Shown: positions 8,215-18,368, numbered from the stretch's first letter. The stretch: DNA of 64,000 bases from an uncultured Bacteriovorax sp. (GCA_964456675.1 CAYWBR010000002.1:19215-83214); one strand, 5' to 3'. Notes: a model not told the origin generated them from the sequence alone. Program-made: numbers and translations.

Positions 8215-10827
8215 TTATTTTTTTGTCTTTTTAAGCAATTCATCCAGTTCACGCTTGCGCGTGGCCGGATCTTTAAGCTCTTTTAACTCTCTTACCTTTG
8301 GAACATTTTTAAGCGACGCAACTCCTCGCGCCTTCACAGGAGACACCTTATCACTGGCCACTTTTTTAACCATGTATTTAGGCTTACCCTCTTCATCAAT
8401 TTGCGGTTTGCCATCCTTATCTAAATCTGCAACTACATAAGTAAATGATCCATCTGCATTTTGAATAAAGAAAGGCTTGCCACTTAATTCGAGTATTTTA
8501 TTTTCCACATCTTTTGTCGTTGCGGTTTGAGGTAAAACTACCATTGATTGGTTTTCATATTTTACCAAAGATAAGTTTTGTAACCCTCCGGTTGGTCCTG
8601 CTGGTTGAGGCAACGAATTAAGTGCCTTATTCCCAGAGTTGCTCACGCCATTGGAAACTGTACCTGAACTTGTATTATCACCAGAGATTGAGCGTGCACT
8701 TACTGAAGAACCTGCCACATTGCTCGCATCACTAGCAATTGATCTAGAACTTGTGCCACTAGGACGAGACCAAACAGAATCGTCAAATCCACTTACGCTA
8801 GCAGGTTTTATTTCTTTTGGTTTTGAGATTTCTTTTTCAAGTTCTGCAATTTTCCTTTTTAATTTTTCAGTTTCTAAAATATCGTTTATTGAGCGTGTTG
8901 AGTTTGCTTCATTTGAAATTTGTGCATTTTTGGGGGCTTCAACAAGTTTTTGCTGTTGAATTTGCTGTTGTTGTGCCAGTTGCCCTTTTAAATTTTCTAA
9001 TTCTTTTTGCACTGATTCGTAGTTATCGCGACCTTTATCAATACTGGCCGCTCGATTAATATTCGCATCATCGTTTGATTTTTTATCGTTAGAATCGATT
9101 TCAGTTGTTGGCACCATTGAACCTTGGCCAGTAGAAAAGTTTGTTCCGAAAGCATCAAAACGATCATTACCGATTTCAGATGCAGGTGAAAATGCATTAG
9201 CGATCTGACTCGAAATCATCGTATCTTCAGCATCTCCACTATTTTCTGTTACAGTAGAGGTTTTTGACTCTACTGCTGCTGAACCAGGACCAAACGTAAT
9301 AGCAGTTCTGCGCCGATCGGTATCAAGATCATCATCTGATTCACCTGTTGAAGTGTTAAAATTACGTTTTGCTGACGAATGACGTGTAAACGTTTGCTGC
9401 ATCTCTGTGTTTTCACAGGCCCTAATAAAAAATGCTGATTTTGCTCTTTCTTTATCAAGCATAAAGTCCAGTGCGTTTCCAGTAAACATTCCTTTGTGTT
9501 TATTGACATCAAATTTATACTGTTTACTTCTATTTGACTTTGCGTTTTTGGACTCTAAAACTTCACAAGCGGCTTTCAAATTTAACTGGTCTGAAAATTC
9601 ACATTGATCACTTACAATTTTGGTAAAATCTGCTTTAATCATTTGCTCAAAATGGCTACTTAGTTTTTCATAGTCATTTTGTTTTACTTTCTGGTTTTTT
9701 TTAAAAACTTCAATAAAATGTTTTAAATTTTCTTGTTTATTACTTAGATATAAACTGGTAATTGAACTTTCATATTCGGAAAAATACACGTCTTCATTAT
9801 CCCTAATATCTGTCGTTATCATTTTAGTAATTTCTGCAACTGATTTATTTCCTGAAGTCGTTAAAATGCTGAATAATTTATCCAAAAAATTCCTGGTACG
9901 CTTCTCTTCAACAACGATACTTTCTGTCTTAAAAGAGTTTAATTCTCTTATTCTATTTATTGAATCTAAGACGCTATTATTTTTATTTTTTAGTATAGGA
10001 TCATCGGAAATTATTTTCGATAATTCACCATTCGATGATTTTACGTAAGTAAGATAGTCCTCATATGACTTGGATAAATCGTCTAAATTACTCTTTGAGC
10101 ATCCACTTAACTCTGCTTTTTGATGGGCTTGACAGGATTTAGGCGAGTCAAGATTCCACAACTTTTTACTAAGCGACAGCTCTTTTTGAATTTTCTCAGC
10201 ATCTTCGCTTATTGATAGATTTCTAAGTATGGCATGATTGATTGTTTGATTATATTCATCTACAGGAATAGCTAAATCTAGCTCTGTTCTATCTGGTACG
10301 CATGCACCGGCAACACTGCCACCACGTGATGCTCCATTCGTGGCACAGTTTAAGCGACTCTCACAAGTTGAAGCATCTAACTTATTTCTGATATCAAACC
10401 AATTAAACTCACTGCAATTAAAACTCATCGCTAGTTCTAACAATTCATTATTTTTTCCAACCAACGAGTAATGGCTTATTTCTTTATCACATTGACCCAT
10501 GCGAATTTCAGAATCACAACTAATAACAAATCTTGATAATGAACCATAACTCATACTGGAAGAAAAATTTGAAGGTTTTCTATATTTGAGTCCATAATCT
10601 ATTGGCGCATCTAAACGCTGAAAATTATCCAGCTTTAAATAGTTACCATTGTAATTTAATTGCCTAAGACCAGTGATCCCATCTGTTGCCGCCTCGGTAC
10701 TTGGCATAACTTGTTCTGGTTTCGCTTCAATATTTGATTGCCCTTTTGCCCATTGGGCGTTAATCGAACTGATATAAGCAAAATTACCAATAAGTAGAAA
10801 CATTTTTATTTGCTTAACATCCAACAT
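8215..10827 (-). CDS. Large secreted hypothetical protein (Cys-rich N-terminus, coiled coils, Ser-rich C-terminal half)
   Basis: ORF track gives 8215..10902. I moved the start to ATG 10827, which has a GGAG SD, lies downstream of a sigma28-like promoter and gives a signal-peptide-like N-terminus. Confidence 0.8.
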   Translation of the reverse strand: MLDVKQIKMFLLIGNFAYISSINAQWAKGQSNIEAKPEQVMPSTEAATDGITGLRQLNYNGNYLKLDNFQRLDAPIDYGLKYRKPSNFSSSMSYGSLSRFVISCDSEIRMGQCDKEISHYSLVGKNNELLELAMSFNCSEFNWFDIRNKLDASTCESRLNCATNGASRGGSVAGACVPDRTELDLAIPVDEYNQTINHAILRNLSISEDAEKIQKELSLSKKLWNLDSPKSCQAHQKAELSGCSKSNLDDLSKSYEDYLTYVKSSNGELSKIISDDPILKNKNNSVLDSINRIRELNSFKTESIVVEEKRTRNFLDKLFSILTTSGNKSVAEITKMITTDIRDNEDVYFSEYESSITSLYLSNKQENLKHFIEVFKKNQKVKQNDYEKLSSHFEQMIKADFTKIVSDQCEFSDQLNLKAACEVLESKNAKSNRSKQYKFDVNKHKGMFTGNALDFMLDKERAKSAFFIRACENTEMQQTFTRHSSAKRNFNTSTGESDDDLDTDRRRTAITFGPGSAAVESKTSTVTENSGDAEDTMISSQIANAFSPASEIGNDRFDAFGTNFSTGQGSMVPTTEIDSNDKKSNDDANINRAASIDKGRDNYESVQKELENLKGQLAQQQQIQQQKLVEAPKNAQISNEANSTRSINDILETEKLKRKIAELEKEISKPKEIKPASVSGFDDSVWSRPSGTSSRSIASDASNVAGSSVSARSISGDNTSSGTVSNGVSNSGNKALNSLPQPAGPTGGLQNLSLVKYENQSMVVLPQTATTKDVENKILELSGKPFFIQNADGSFTYVVADLDKDGKPQIDEEGKPKYMVKKVASDKVSPVKARGVASLKNVPKVRELKELKDPATRKRELDELLKKTKK

Positions 10828-10883
10828 ACTAAATACTCCATTAAATCTAAATAGACCTGGGCTTTTAAAATTTCCACAAACTA

Positions 10884-10910
10884 GTATCGGCAAAAACAGC
10901 ACAATCTTGA
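10884..10910 (-). promoter_or_regulatory. sigma28 (FliA)-like promoter
   Basis: TCAA-N15-GCCGATAC on the minus strand; consensus is TAAA-N15-GCCGATAA. Confidence 0.65.
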
Positions 10911-11171
10911 ATGTTTTAGTACGAGATCTTGATTCTTAATAAGAATTAACGGCACAGAAGTATAATGTGAAGCCATTAATCAATTATCCAATTGAATTTA
11001 TATAGGCAAAATCAAAAGTTAAAAACTAACAAATTTAAGGCTTAATAATCATGGTGCCAATTTATCTTGGCAATTTCCAAGGATTCTCATCTATCACAGC
11101 TTGACTTGACGAATGGCCGTATTAATTAAATCATCTTTATATATCGTCAATTTTACTACTAAGGAATATCT

Positions 11172-13037
11172 GTGAATTTTCAATTACCCGAAAATATACA
11201 ATCCCATTGGGATACTATTGCTAAAAAATACCTGTGGACTACACCCTACCAAACGATTCTTAGCGGCAGCTTTGATAAAGACGTCAAAGTTGAATGGTTT
11301 AAAGAAGGTTCTACAAATCTGACTTTAAATGCAATAGATCGACATGCTGCTGACAAGCCTAATAACGTTGCTATCATTTTTGAGCCCAACTCACCAGATG
11401 AAATAAGTTCTAAAATCACCTATGCTGATTTAAAGAAACGAGTCTGCCTAGTAAGTAACATCTATAAAAAATTAGGAATCAAAAAAGGGGATGTCATTTG
11501 TTTTTATATGGGCATGACACCCGATCTCTTTATTTCCGTTCTTGCAGCTGCTCGCATTGGTGCAGTTCATTGCGTAGTTTTTGCAGGATTTTCTGCTCAG
11601 AGCTTGGCACAGAGGATTGATGATTCAAGAGCAAAACTAATCATTACTCATGATGGAATATTCAGGGGAGAAAAAACAATTGCCCTAAAAAATATTGTGG
11701 ACGAAGCGATTACAGCTTCCAGTGGAAGCATAAAAAATGTACTGGTTTTTAAACGCACCAATTCTGCTCATTCTATGCTATCAAATCGCGATTATTATTT
11801 TGAGGATATGTCCTTTGAAGTTGAAAATGATTGTCCATATGAACCAATGAAAGCAGAAGACCCACTCTTCATTCTTTATACATCTGGCTCAACTGGAAAA
11901 CCAAAAGGACTCTTGCATACTACTGCAGGCTATATGGTTCATACTGGGTATAGTTTTAATGAAGTATTCGATTATCGTGACAACGATATATTTTGGTGTA
12001 CTGCTGACTTAGGATGGATCACTGGGCATAGTTATACGATGTACGGCCCTCTTTTAAATGGTGGTACAACACTTCTTTATGAAGGAATTCCGACCTTTCC
12101 TAATGGCGAAAGAATGTGGCAAATTATTGAAAAACACCATGTCACTCATCTTTATACTGCGCCAACTGCCATAAGATCTCTCGAAGCACTTGGTGAAGAT
12201 CTTCCGAATAAATATCAAATGCAATCCCTTAAAGTTCTTGGCTCTGTTGGCGAACCAATAAACGAAGAAGCTTGGGAGTGGTACCATAAAAATATTGGTA
12301 AAGGAAAATGTCCAATCGTAGATACTTGGTGGCAAACGGAAACTGGTGGAATAATGATTTCCACAATTGCCAACAAAACTGAATGCATCCCAGGATATGC
12401 CACTTACCCACTAAAAGGTATTTCACCTGTGCTTTTAGATCAAAACGGAAAAAGAATTGAACAGACGGTTGCAAGTGGAAATCTTTGCATTGAATTCCCA
12501 TGGCCATCAATGGCCAGAACAATTTGGGGAGACCACGATCGATTTCTTCAGACTTATTTTACAACTTTTAAGGGTTACTATTTTACCGGCGACGGGGCCA
12601 GACGTGATGAATCCAGTCGCTATCGCATCACAGGTAGAGTAGATGATGTTATAAATGTTTCTGGCCATCGTTTTGGAACTGCTGAAATAGAAGAGGCCAT
12701 CGATGAACATGATGATATTGTTGAAAGTGCAATAGTTGGCTACCCCCACCCCATAAAAGGTCAGGGCATATATGCTTTTGTTGTTTGCCATCACAAACGA
12801 TTTGACCTGGATGTTCTTGAAAAAGAAATACGGGAGCTGGTAACTAAATTAATTGGACCGATTGCTAAGCCTGATATTATTCAGTTTGTAGATGCCCTAC
12901 CAAAAACAAGATCCGGTAAAATTATGCGGCGAATATTGAGAAAAATTGGAGAAAACGATTTAAGTAATCTAGGTGATACATCAACTTTACTTGATCCCGA
13001 TGTTGTTAAAAGAATAATCGATGGTAAAAAAAATTAA
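11172..13037 (+). CDS. acs: Acetyl-CoA synthetase (AMP-forming)
   Basis: ILYTSGSTGKPKG, DTWWQTETGG and LPKTRSGKIMRR motifs. Confidence 0.97.
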   Translation: MNFQLPENIQSHWDTIAKKYLWTTPYQTILSGSFDKDVKVEWFKEGSTNLTLNAIDRHAADKPNNVAIIFEPNSPDEISSKITYADLKKRVCLVSNIYKKLGIKKGDVICFYMGMTPDLFISVLAAARIGAVHCVVFAGFSAQSLAQRIDDSRAKLIITHDGIFRGEKTIALKNIVDEAITASSGSIKNVLVFKRTNSAHSMLSNRDYYFEDMSFEVENDCPYEPMKAEDPLFILYTSGSTGKPKGLLHTTAGYMVHTGYSFNEVFDYRDNDIFWCTADLGWITGHSYTMYGPLLNGGTTLLYEGIPTFPNGERMWQIIEKHHVTHLYTAPTAIRSLEALGEDLPNKYQMQSLKVLGSVGEPINEEAWEWYHKNIGKGKCPIVDTWWQTETGGIMISTIANKTECIPGYATYPLKGISPVLLDQNGKRIEQTVASGNLCIEFPWPSMARTIWGDHDRFLQTYFTTFKGYYFTGDGARRDESSRYRITGRVDDVINVSGHRFGTAEIEEAIDEHDDIVESAIVGYPHPIKGQGIYAFVVCHHKRFDLDVLEKEIRELVTKLIGPIAKPDIIQFVDALPKTRSGKIMRRILRKIGENDLSNLGDTSTLLDPDVVKRIIDGKKN

Positions 13038-14410
13038 TTAAGTTTTAAACGAGAAATTTTTTTTTCATGGTAGAGCTTATCAAGATGAGCTACTACCGTT
13101 TTTTTGGCATAAGGAAGTAATCGCTCTTCGAGTCCTTGGTAAATGATGGCAACCATTTCGTCTAAATTTTTTCCAGACTCTGCCAAAGTTAAAATTTCGT
13201 TTTCTCTTAATTGCCGATGGTTAAGAGTTTCTGTCAATTTATTAGTTCCACCGATAATAATTCCATGACTTGGTATTATGAATTTGGGGTTAATTTCAAT
13301 GACACGTTTTAATGTGTTAAAATAATCTAACATATTCCCTTCTTCACCGCCAATGACAACTGTACCAATTGTTTGAATTAAATCTCCGACCAAAAACCAA
13401 TTCAAACTCTGCGGCGCCAGGGCCAATTGCCCATCATCATGCCCAGGCACCTCATAAACCAATACCTTTTGCCCCAAGGACGTGGTAATAAAATCTTTCT
13501 CTTTAAAAATTCGTACATCTATCCCATTAAAAAAATTTTCTCCCCTATGCTTTTCAATTCTTTTTTTTGTAGTCTGACTCATTCCCATAGGCACGTTGAA
13601 TTTTCGAGCAATAAAATCTGCAAATTCATAATGATCTGGGTGATGGTGAGTAATAAAAATTAAATTAAAATTAAACTGATCTATTTTATCTAAATATTTT
13701 TCTAATTCACTTGCCTTAGGGGATGGATCGACAAGCAAGACAACAGAGTCTTTATCGCCAATAATAAATGAATTTGTTCTATTGGCGGGAGGAAATGTAT
13801 TTGATAGCGGCAACAACTGAATGACGCCTTTTACTGATTCAATTATGGGCACGTCATTTTCTTTGGGCATAAATTGCATGAAATCAATAACACCGCTGAA
13901 ATCATATTGATTTTTTAGTGTCTCTAAAATCTTTATTGCCACAGGAACTGCCAACATCTCACCTGAATTAAATAATTCTAAATATTCGTCGGATGTTGCC
14001 CACATTCCCATTTCCACTTCGTTGCTATCATAAATAAACTGAGGCTTGGCCAAGAGTTCTATTTTAATATAGCTATTTCTAAAACGATAGGGGTTAAAAT
14101 CTGGCGTAATTGCTTCACCTAAAAATGAAACACTTGCAATTTTATTCTCAGAATAAAAAACCAGGGCATCAAAATCTAATTCTTCTTTTAATTCTCTTAA
14201 ACAAGCTCGAACGACATGATCCTCGGTAACTTGAAATATTTTTGGTAAAAAACTAGCTAAATAATCGCTTTTATCTACTTTTCCTCCAGGGGTAGCATAA
14301 TATCCTGGAAAAACCTTTAAATGATTGGGACGCTTAATCATAAAAATCTGATTTTCATACACCAAAACTGCAGAGACTGATTGTTTTAAGTTGTTTATTT
14401 CCATTAGCAA
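13034..14410 (-). CDS. NUDIX hydrolase + metallo-beta-lactamase-fold (LACTB2-like) fusion
   Basis: N-terminal PGGKVD...RELKEEL Nudix box and GEAITP. C-terminal THHHPDH, PGH, GD and PSHG MBL motifs. Confidence 0.85.
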   Translation of the reverse strand: MLMEINNLKQSVSAVLVYENQIFMIKRPNHLKVFPGYYATPGGKVDKSDYLASFLPKIFQVTEDHVVRACLRELKEELDFDALVFYSENKIASVSFLGEAITPDFNPYRFRNSYIKIELLAKPQFIYDSNEVEMGMWATSDEYLELFNSGEMLAVPVAIKILETLKNQYDFSGVIDFMQFMPKENDVPIIESVKGVIQLLPLSNTFPPANRTNSFIIGDKDSVVLLVDPSPKASELEKYLDKIDQFNFNLIFITHHHPDHYEFADFIARKFNVPMGMSQTTKKRIEKHRGENFFNGIDVRIFKEKDFITTSLGQKVLVYEVPGHDDGQLALAPQSLNWFLVGDLIQTIGTVVIGGEEGNMLDYFNTLKRVIEINPKFIIPSHGIIIGGTNKLTETLNHRQLRENEILTLAESGKNLDEMVAIIYQGLEERLLPYAKKTVVAHLDKLYHEKKISRLKLN

Positions 14411-14544
14411 ATAATGCCTTCAAAAATACTTAAAATCTAGCGACGATTATGCAATCAATTCTTTTTTTTTCTCAATGTTTTTGTTAGGGTATTATTGATA
14501 AACAAATTTACCTGTACACAAATAATCTTAACGAAGGATTACTT

Positions 14545-15627
14545 ATGACAATTCAATGGGACAAAAACCCTTTAGGAATTCATGCCATTGACCACTTAGA
14601 GTTTTGCACAGATACTCTATCGACAAAAACCATTAGCACATTTTACCAATTTGGTTTTGAAAAAACGGGCTTTGCTGAAACATTAAACGCGGAGCTCTAC
14701 ACCCAAGGACAAATTCGTTTTGTCGTAATTGCACCAAAAGATTCTAGCTCACATGCAGCTCGCTACTTCAAACTTCACGGTGAAGGTGTTTCAAAAATAT
14801 CTTTTCTTGTTGAAGATGCCAAAATAGCACTCGAAACTGCAATAAAAAGAGGCGCTTCATTGGTATGCCCTCTGCAAGTTGAAGAAGACGAGCATGGTGT
14901 ATATCGCTATGGTTCCATCCAAGGTTTCGGGGATGTTTTAAATGAGTTTGTAGAAAGACCCAATACTCACTTTAGAGCAAGCTTTAAAAAAATTGAAAAC
15001 GACCCACAAAGAAAACCATTACAACAAAGATTTTCAAGAATTGATCACTTAACAAATAATGTTCCCTACGGGCAAATGCGAAAATGGGTGGATTTTTACA
15101 AACAAATTTTTGGATTTGAAGTAACAAGATATTTTGACATCAAGGGGGTAAAAACTGGCTTAGAATCTGAAGTGGTTCAACTCCACAATGGCGCAATAAT
15201 AATTCCGATTAACGGGCCAGATGGCCAAAATACAAAATCACAAATTCAGGAGTTTCTTGATTTGCACAAGGGTCCAGGTGTTCAACATATTGCTCTAATG
15301 ACGGCCAATATTATTCCAACGGTTGAAGACCTTCAAAAACGTGGAGTTAAATTTTTAAATATTCCATCAACCTATTACGAAAATATTCCCAAAAGATCTT
15401 TTCGGGTAGACGAAGATATTAACGTTCTTGAAGAGCGCCAATTACTAGTTGACGGCGACAGTGATGGCTATTTATTGCAAAATTTTACAGAAACATATGT
15501 AGGTCCACTTTTTTTTGAAGTAATTCAAAGAAAAAATCACTGGGGTTTTGGGGAAGGAAACTTCCAAGCGCTATTTGACTCAATTGAATTAGACCAAATA
15601 AGAAGAGGATATTTAAAAAATGAATAA
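14545..15627 (+). CDS. hppD: 4-hydroxyphenylpyruvate dioxygenase
   Basis: IDHL, GPGVQHIAL, FFEVIQRKN and GFGEGNFQALF motifs. Confidence 0.95.
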   Translation: MTIQWDKNPLGIHAIDHLEFCTDTLSTKTISTFYQFGFEKTGFAETLNAELYTQGQIRFVVIAPKDSSSHAARYFKLHGEGVSKISFLVEDAKIALETAIKRGASLVCPLQVEEDEHGVYRYGSIQGFGDVLNEFVERPNTHFRASFKKIENDPQRKPLQQRFSRIDHLTNNVPYGQMRKWVDFYKQIFGFEVTRYFDIKGVKTGLESEVVQLHNGAIIIPINGPDGQNTKSQIQEFLDLHKGPGVQHIALMTANIIPTVEDLQKRGVKFLNIPSTYYENIPKRSFRVDEDINVLEERQLLVDGDSDGYLLQNFTETYVGPLFFEVIQRKNHWGFGEGNFQALFDSIELDQIRRGYLKNE

Positions 15628-16816
15628 CGTATATATAACCTATGCTAAACGAACCCCCATAGGAAAACTTATGGGGTCGCTGAAAAACATTCGCCCAGAT
15701 GATTTACTTTCCCATCTTTTAAAAGATCTTGCCGGGGAAATTAATTTTGACTTAACTGAAATAGATGACGTCATCATTGGATGCGCAAACCAAGCTGGTG
15801 AAGATAATCGCAACATAGCACGGATGTCTCTTTTATTGGCCAATTATCCTTTTGATGTGCCCGGTGTAACCATTAATAGGCTTTGTGCTTCTTCACTTGA
15901 AGCGCTCGTAGATGCTTATGCGAAAATTCAATGTGGCCTCAGTGACTGCTTAGTTGTTGGTGGTGTTGAAAGCATGACGAGAGCTCCCTATGTCCTATCT
16001 AAGCCTGAAACCGAATTTGACCGCTCTCAAAAAATGTACGACACAACTTTTGGTTGGAGATTTCCTAACCCTCTCATGGAAAAGCGATTTCCACTTTTAG
16101 GTATGGGAGAAACAGCTGAAGAGGTAGCACTCCTTCACGGTATTGGTCGTTTAGAGCAAGATCAATTTGCACTAAACTCACATCAAAAAGCTATTCAAGC
16201 ACGCAATGCTGGTTTCACTGAAAAAGAAATTATACCGGTGAGTTTTAATTCTAAAAAACAGAATATTACTATATCTATTGATGAATGCCCACGCGAATCG
16301 ACTACTTTAGAAGCTCTAGCAAAACTTCCAGCTGCATTTAGAAAGGATGGAACAGTTAGTGCAGGTAACTCTTCTCCGATGAACGATGGCGCGGCCCTGC
16401 TAATGGTTGTCAGTGAGGCATTTTTAAAACGTCATAATTTAACTCCGGTAATGAGAATCACTGGTGCTGCAGCAAGAGGAACTAATCCTTCAACTATGGG
16501 GCTAGGTCCAGTACATGCAGTTAATAAATTATGCTCAAAATACAAAATTCGATGTTCTGAATTTGATTCTATCGAGCTAAATGAAGCATTTTCCGCTCAA
16601 GTACTAGGGTGTGTAAAAGAGCTCGATTTAGATTTATCGAAAATTAATCGAAGGGGTGGATCTATTGCCTTAGGTCATCCACTCGGTGCAAGTGGTGCAC
16701 GAATTGTAACGACACTTTTCCACCAAATGAAGAGTGAGCCGACAATAAAAAAAGGATTGGCAACAATGTGCATAGGTGTCGGTCAAGGATTGGCAGTTAG
16801 TTTTGAAAGAACATAA
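15620..16816 (+). CDS. Acetyl-CoA C-acyltransferase (thiolase, PcaF/PaaJ-like)
   Basis: NRLCASS, GHPLGASG and MCIGVGQG thiolase motifs. RPDDL and AGEDNRNIARM resemble PcaF/PaaJ. Confidence 0.9.
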   Translation: MNNVYITYAKRTPIGKLMGSLKNIRPDDLLSHLLKDLAGEINFDLTEIDDVIIGCANQAGEDNRNIARMSLLLANYPFDVPGVTINRLCASSLEALVDAYAKIQCGLSDCLVVGGVESMTRAPYVLSKPETEFDRSQKMYDTTFGWRFPNPLMEKRFPLLGMGETAEEVALLHGIGRLEQDQFALNSHQKAIQARNAGFTEKEIIPVSFNSKKQNITISIDECPRESTTLEALAKLPAAFRKDGTVSAGNSSPMNDGAALLMVVSEAFLKRHNLTPVMRITGAAARGTNPSTMGLGPVHAVNKLCSKYKIRCSEFDSIELNEAFSAQVLGCVKELDLDLSKINRRGGSIALGHPLGASGARIVTTLFHQMKSEPTIKKGLATMCIGVGQGLAVSFERT

Positions 16817-16846
16817 AAAAAGGTGCTTCTAGTAAGCACCTTTTCA
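16817..16846. terminator. Bidirectional intrinsic terminator, copy 1 of an identical 30-bp repeat
   Basis: AAAAGGTGCTT-CTAGT-AAGCACCTTTT immediately after the thiolase stop. Confidence 0.85.
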
Positions 16847-17002
16847 AATTTTGCCTTAATGTTTTCGATGAAGCCTTTTTATTAATTTTTTTTTAAGCTG
16901 CGTTTGCAATCGCGTAAGACATTTGGATACTCTTGTTCCACCCAATCCCCACTTCATCCTAATCTTTTGATCTCGCCATTGGACTCACTAAAATTCTTTA
17001 CT

Positions 17003-17638
17003 TTAATTGCTTAAATTTTTTTCTAGCTCTAAACATTCGTCAATATTTTTTGAATTACGCCCGTAAAGCCATACACTCTTGTTCCCCAGTGGTGATGCGC
17101 TAACCAATTCACGATTATGAAGTTTTAATTTTTCAGATATTTTCTCAATGATTGAAAGTCTCGCCTTAGTAGTTTGATTAAAAAATACAATATCTAAATC
17201 ACCTAAATCTTCTATTATTACTTTTGTTTTATGTGTTTCATCTTTGTGCCATCTAAATTCGATCCATTTATCTTCCCAGATCTCAGAACTGGTTCCAGAG
17301 GGAATATTATTATACTCTTTTTGCTTAACTTGAATTTTAGCAACCCCGTTTTCTTTAAGATATAAATTTAATTGAATCTCACCGTGGTCATAGTATTCAC
17401 TGGGCTTATATTTGATTCGATTAAATTCCAATGTTTGGAATTCAAAGTTCCCATATCGACAGCTCCCCTTACTTTGAAACATAAAATCACTGAACAGGTC
17501 TACGTCATTATCTGTGTCTTTTTTATCGGATTGCGCTGTTTTATTACCCACTTCGGTGCTTGGTTGATTTTGTCTATCGTTGTTTTTTCCACAAGAAACT
17601 ATCTGTAAAAAAATAAATACATAAATTATTAACTTCAT
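17003..17638 (-). CDS. Hypothetical lipoprotein
   Basis: IVSC lipobox followed by a polar tether. 211-aa ORF. Confidence 0.7.
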   Translation of the reverse strand: MKLIIYVFIFLQIVSCGKNNDRQNQPSTEVGNKTAQSDKKDTDNDVDLFSDFMFQSKGSCRYGNFEFQTLEFNRIKYKPSEYYDHGEIQLNLYLKENGVAKIQVKQKEYNNIPSGTSSEIWEDKWIEFRWHKDETHKTKVIIEDLGDLDIVFFNQTTKARLSIIEKISEKLKLHNRELVSASPLGNKSVWLYGRNSKNIDECLELEKNLSN

Positions 17639-17868
17639 AAATATCCCATGAATAAGTAAAAAAACTAGAGGAACCTATTGCATACAACAGTTAAAGTAAA
17701 TAATTTGGCGATGTTCGTGTAAAATTTACTATATTGTCTCTTTTGTCGCCAATAAGAGATAAGGCGGTCTGCGAGGTAAGGGGGCCCTACTTTATAGGTC
17801 TACCTGATTATTTAAACTGCAGAATTTATTGTTACCTATTAAGAAAATTGAAAAAAAATACAGCAAAG

Positions 17869-17898
17869 AAAAAGGTGCTTCTAGTAAGCACCTTTTCA
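17869..17898. terminator. Bidirectional intrinsic terminator, copy 2 of the 30-bp repeat
   Basis: Identical to 16817-16846. Directly after the CBS gene stop. Confidence 0.85.
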
Positions 17899-17900
17899 TA

Positions 17901-18368
17901 TTATTTTTCGGCATTTAATAGATGAAAAATTGTCACTTGATCTTTGTGCTTATCGACCTCTAAAATTGTAACTAAGTAAGCCAGCAAATCATCCGTTGTC
18001 ACAATTCCACAAACTTTAAGTTCTCGATCTAAAACCATAAACGCAGAGACCTTATCTGCCAGCATTTTTTTTGCTACATTTTCGATAGGCTCGATTCCTT
18101 GAACAAATTTAACAGGACGACTCATATAATCTTCAACTTTTTCATCAGTTTCAAATTGATAATAAACATCATCGTCACAATCAACTAATTTAGACATTGC
18201 CAATTTTAAATCGCGATCAGAGATGAGACCAACTATTTTTCCCGTCGCTCCCATAACCGGTAAATGACGTATCCCTTTTTCTCGCATAATCTTATAGGCA
18301 TTTTTTAAATAATCACTGGCTTCAATTGTAATTAATCTATCTGTCATAATTTCATAAGTTGTAGTCAT
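17901..18368 (-). CDS. Tandem CBS-domain protein
   Basis: IRHLPV...GLISDRDL and CGIVTTDDLL motifs. Start moved to ATG 18368, which follows a GGAGG SD. Confidence 0.88.
   Translation of the reverse strand: MTTTYEIMTDRLITIEASDYLKNAYKIMREKGIRHLPVMGATGKIVGLISDRDLKLAMSKLVDCDDDVYYQFETDEKVEDYMSRPVKFVQGIEPIENVAKKMLADKVSAFMVLDRELKVCGIVTTDDLLAYLVTILEVDKHKDQVTIFHLLNAEK

Noticed and set aside
16893-16979. Minus-strand mini-frame ending YAIANAA*, like a tmRNA tag
   Set aside because: It is only 29 codons with an internal TAG, and there is no tRNA-like domain or pseudoknot context. At most it is a decayed gene remnant.
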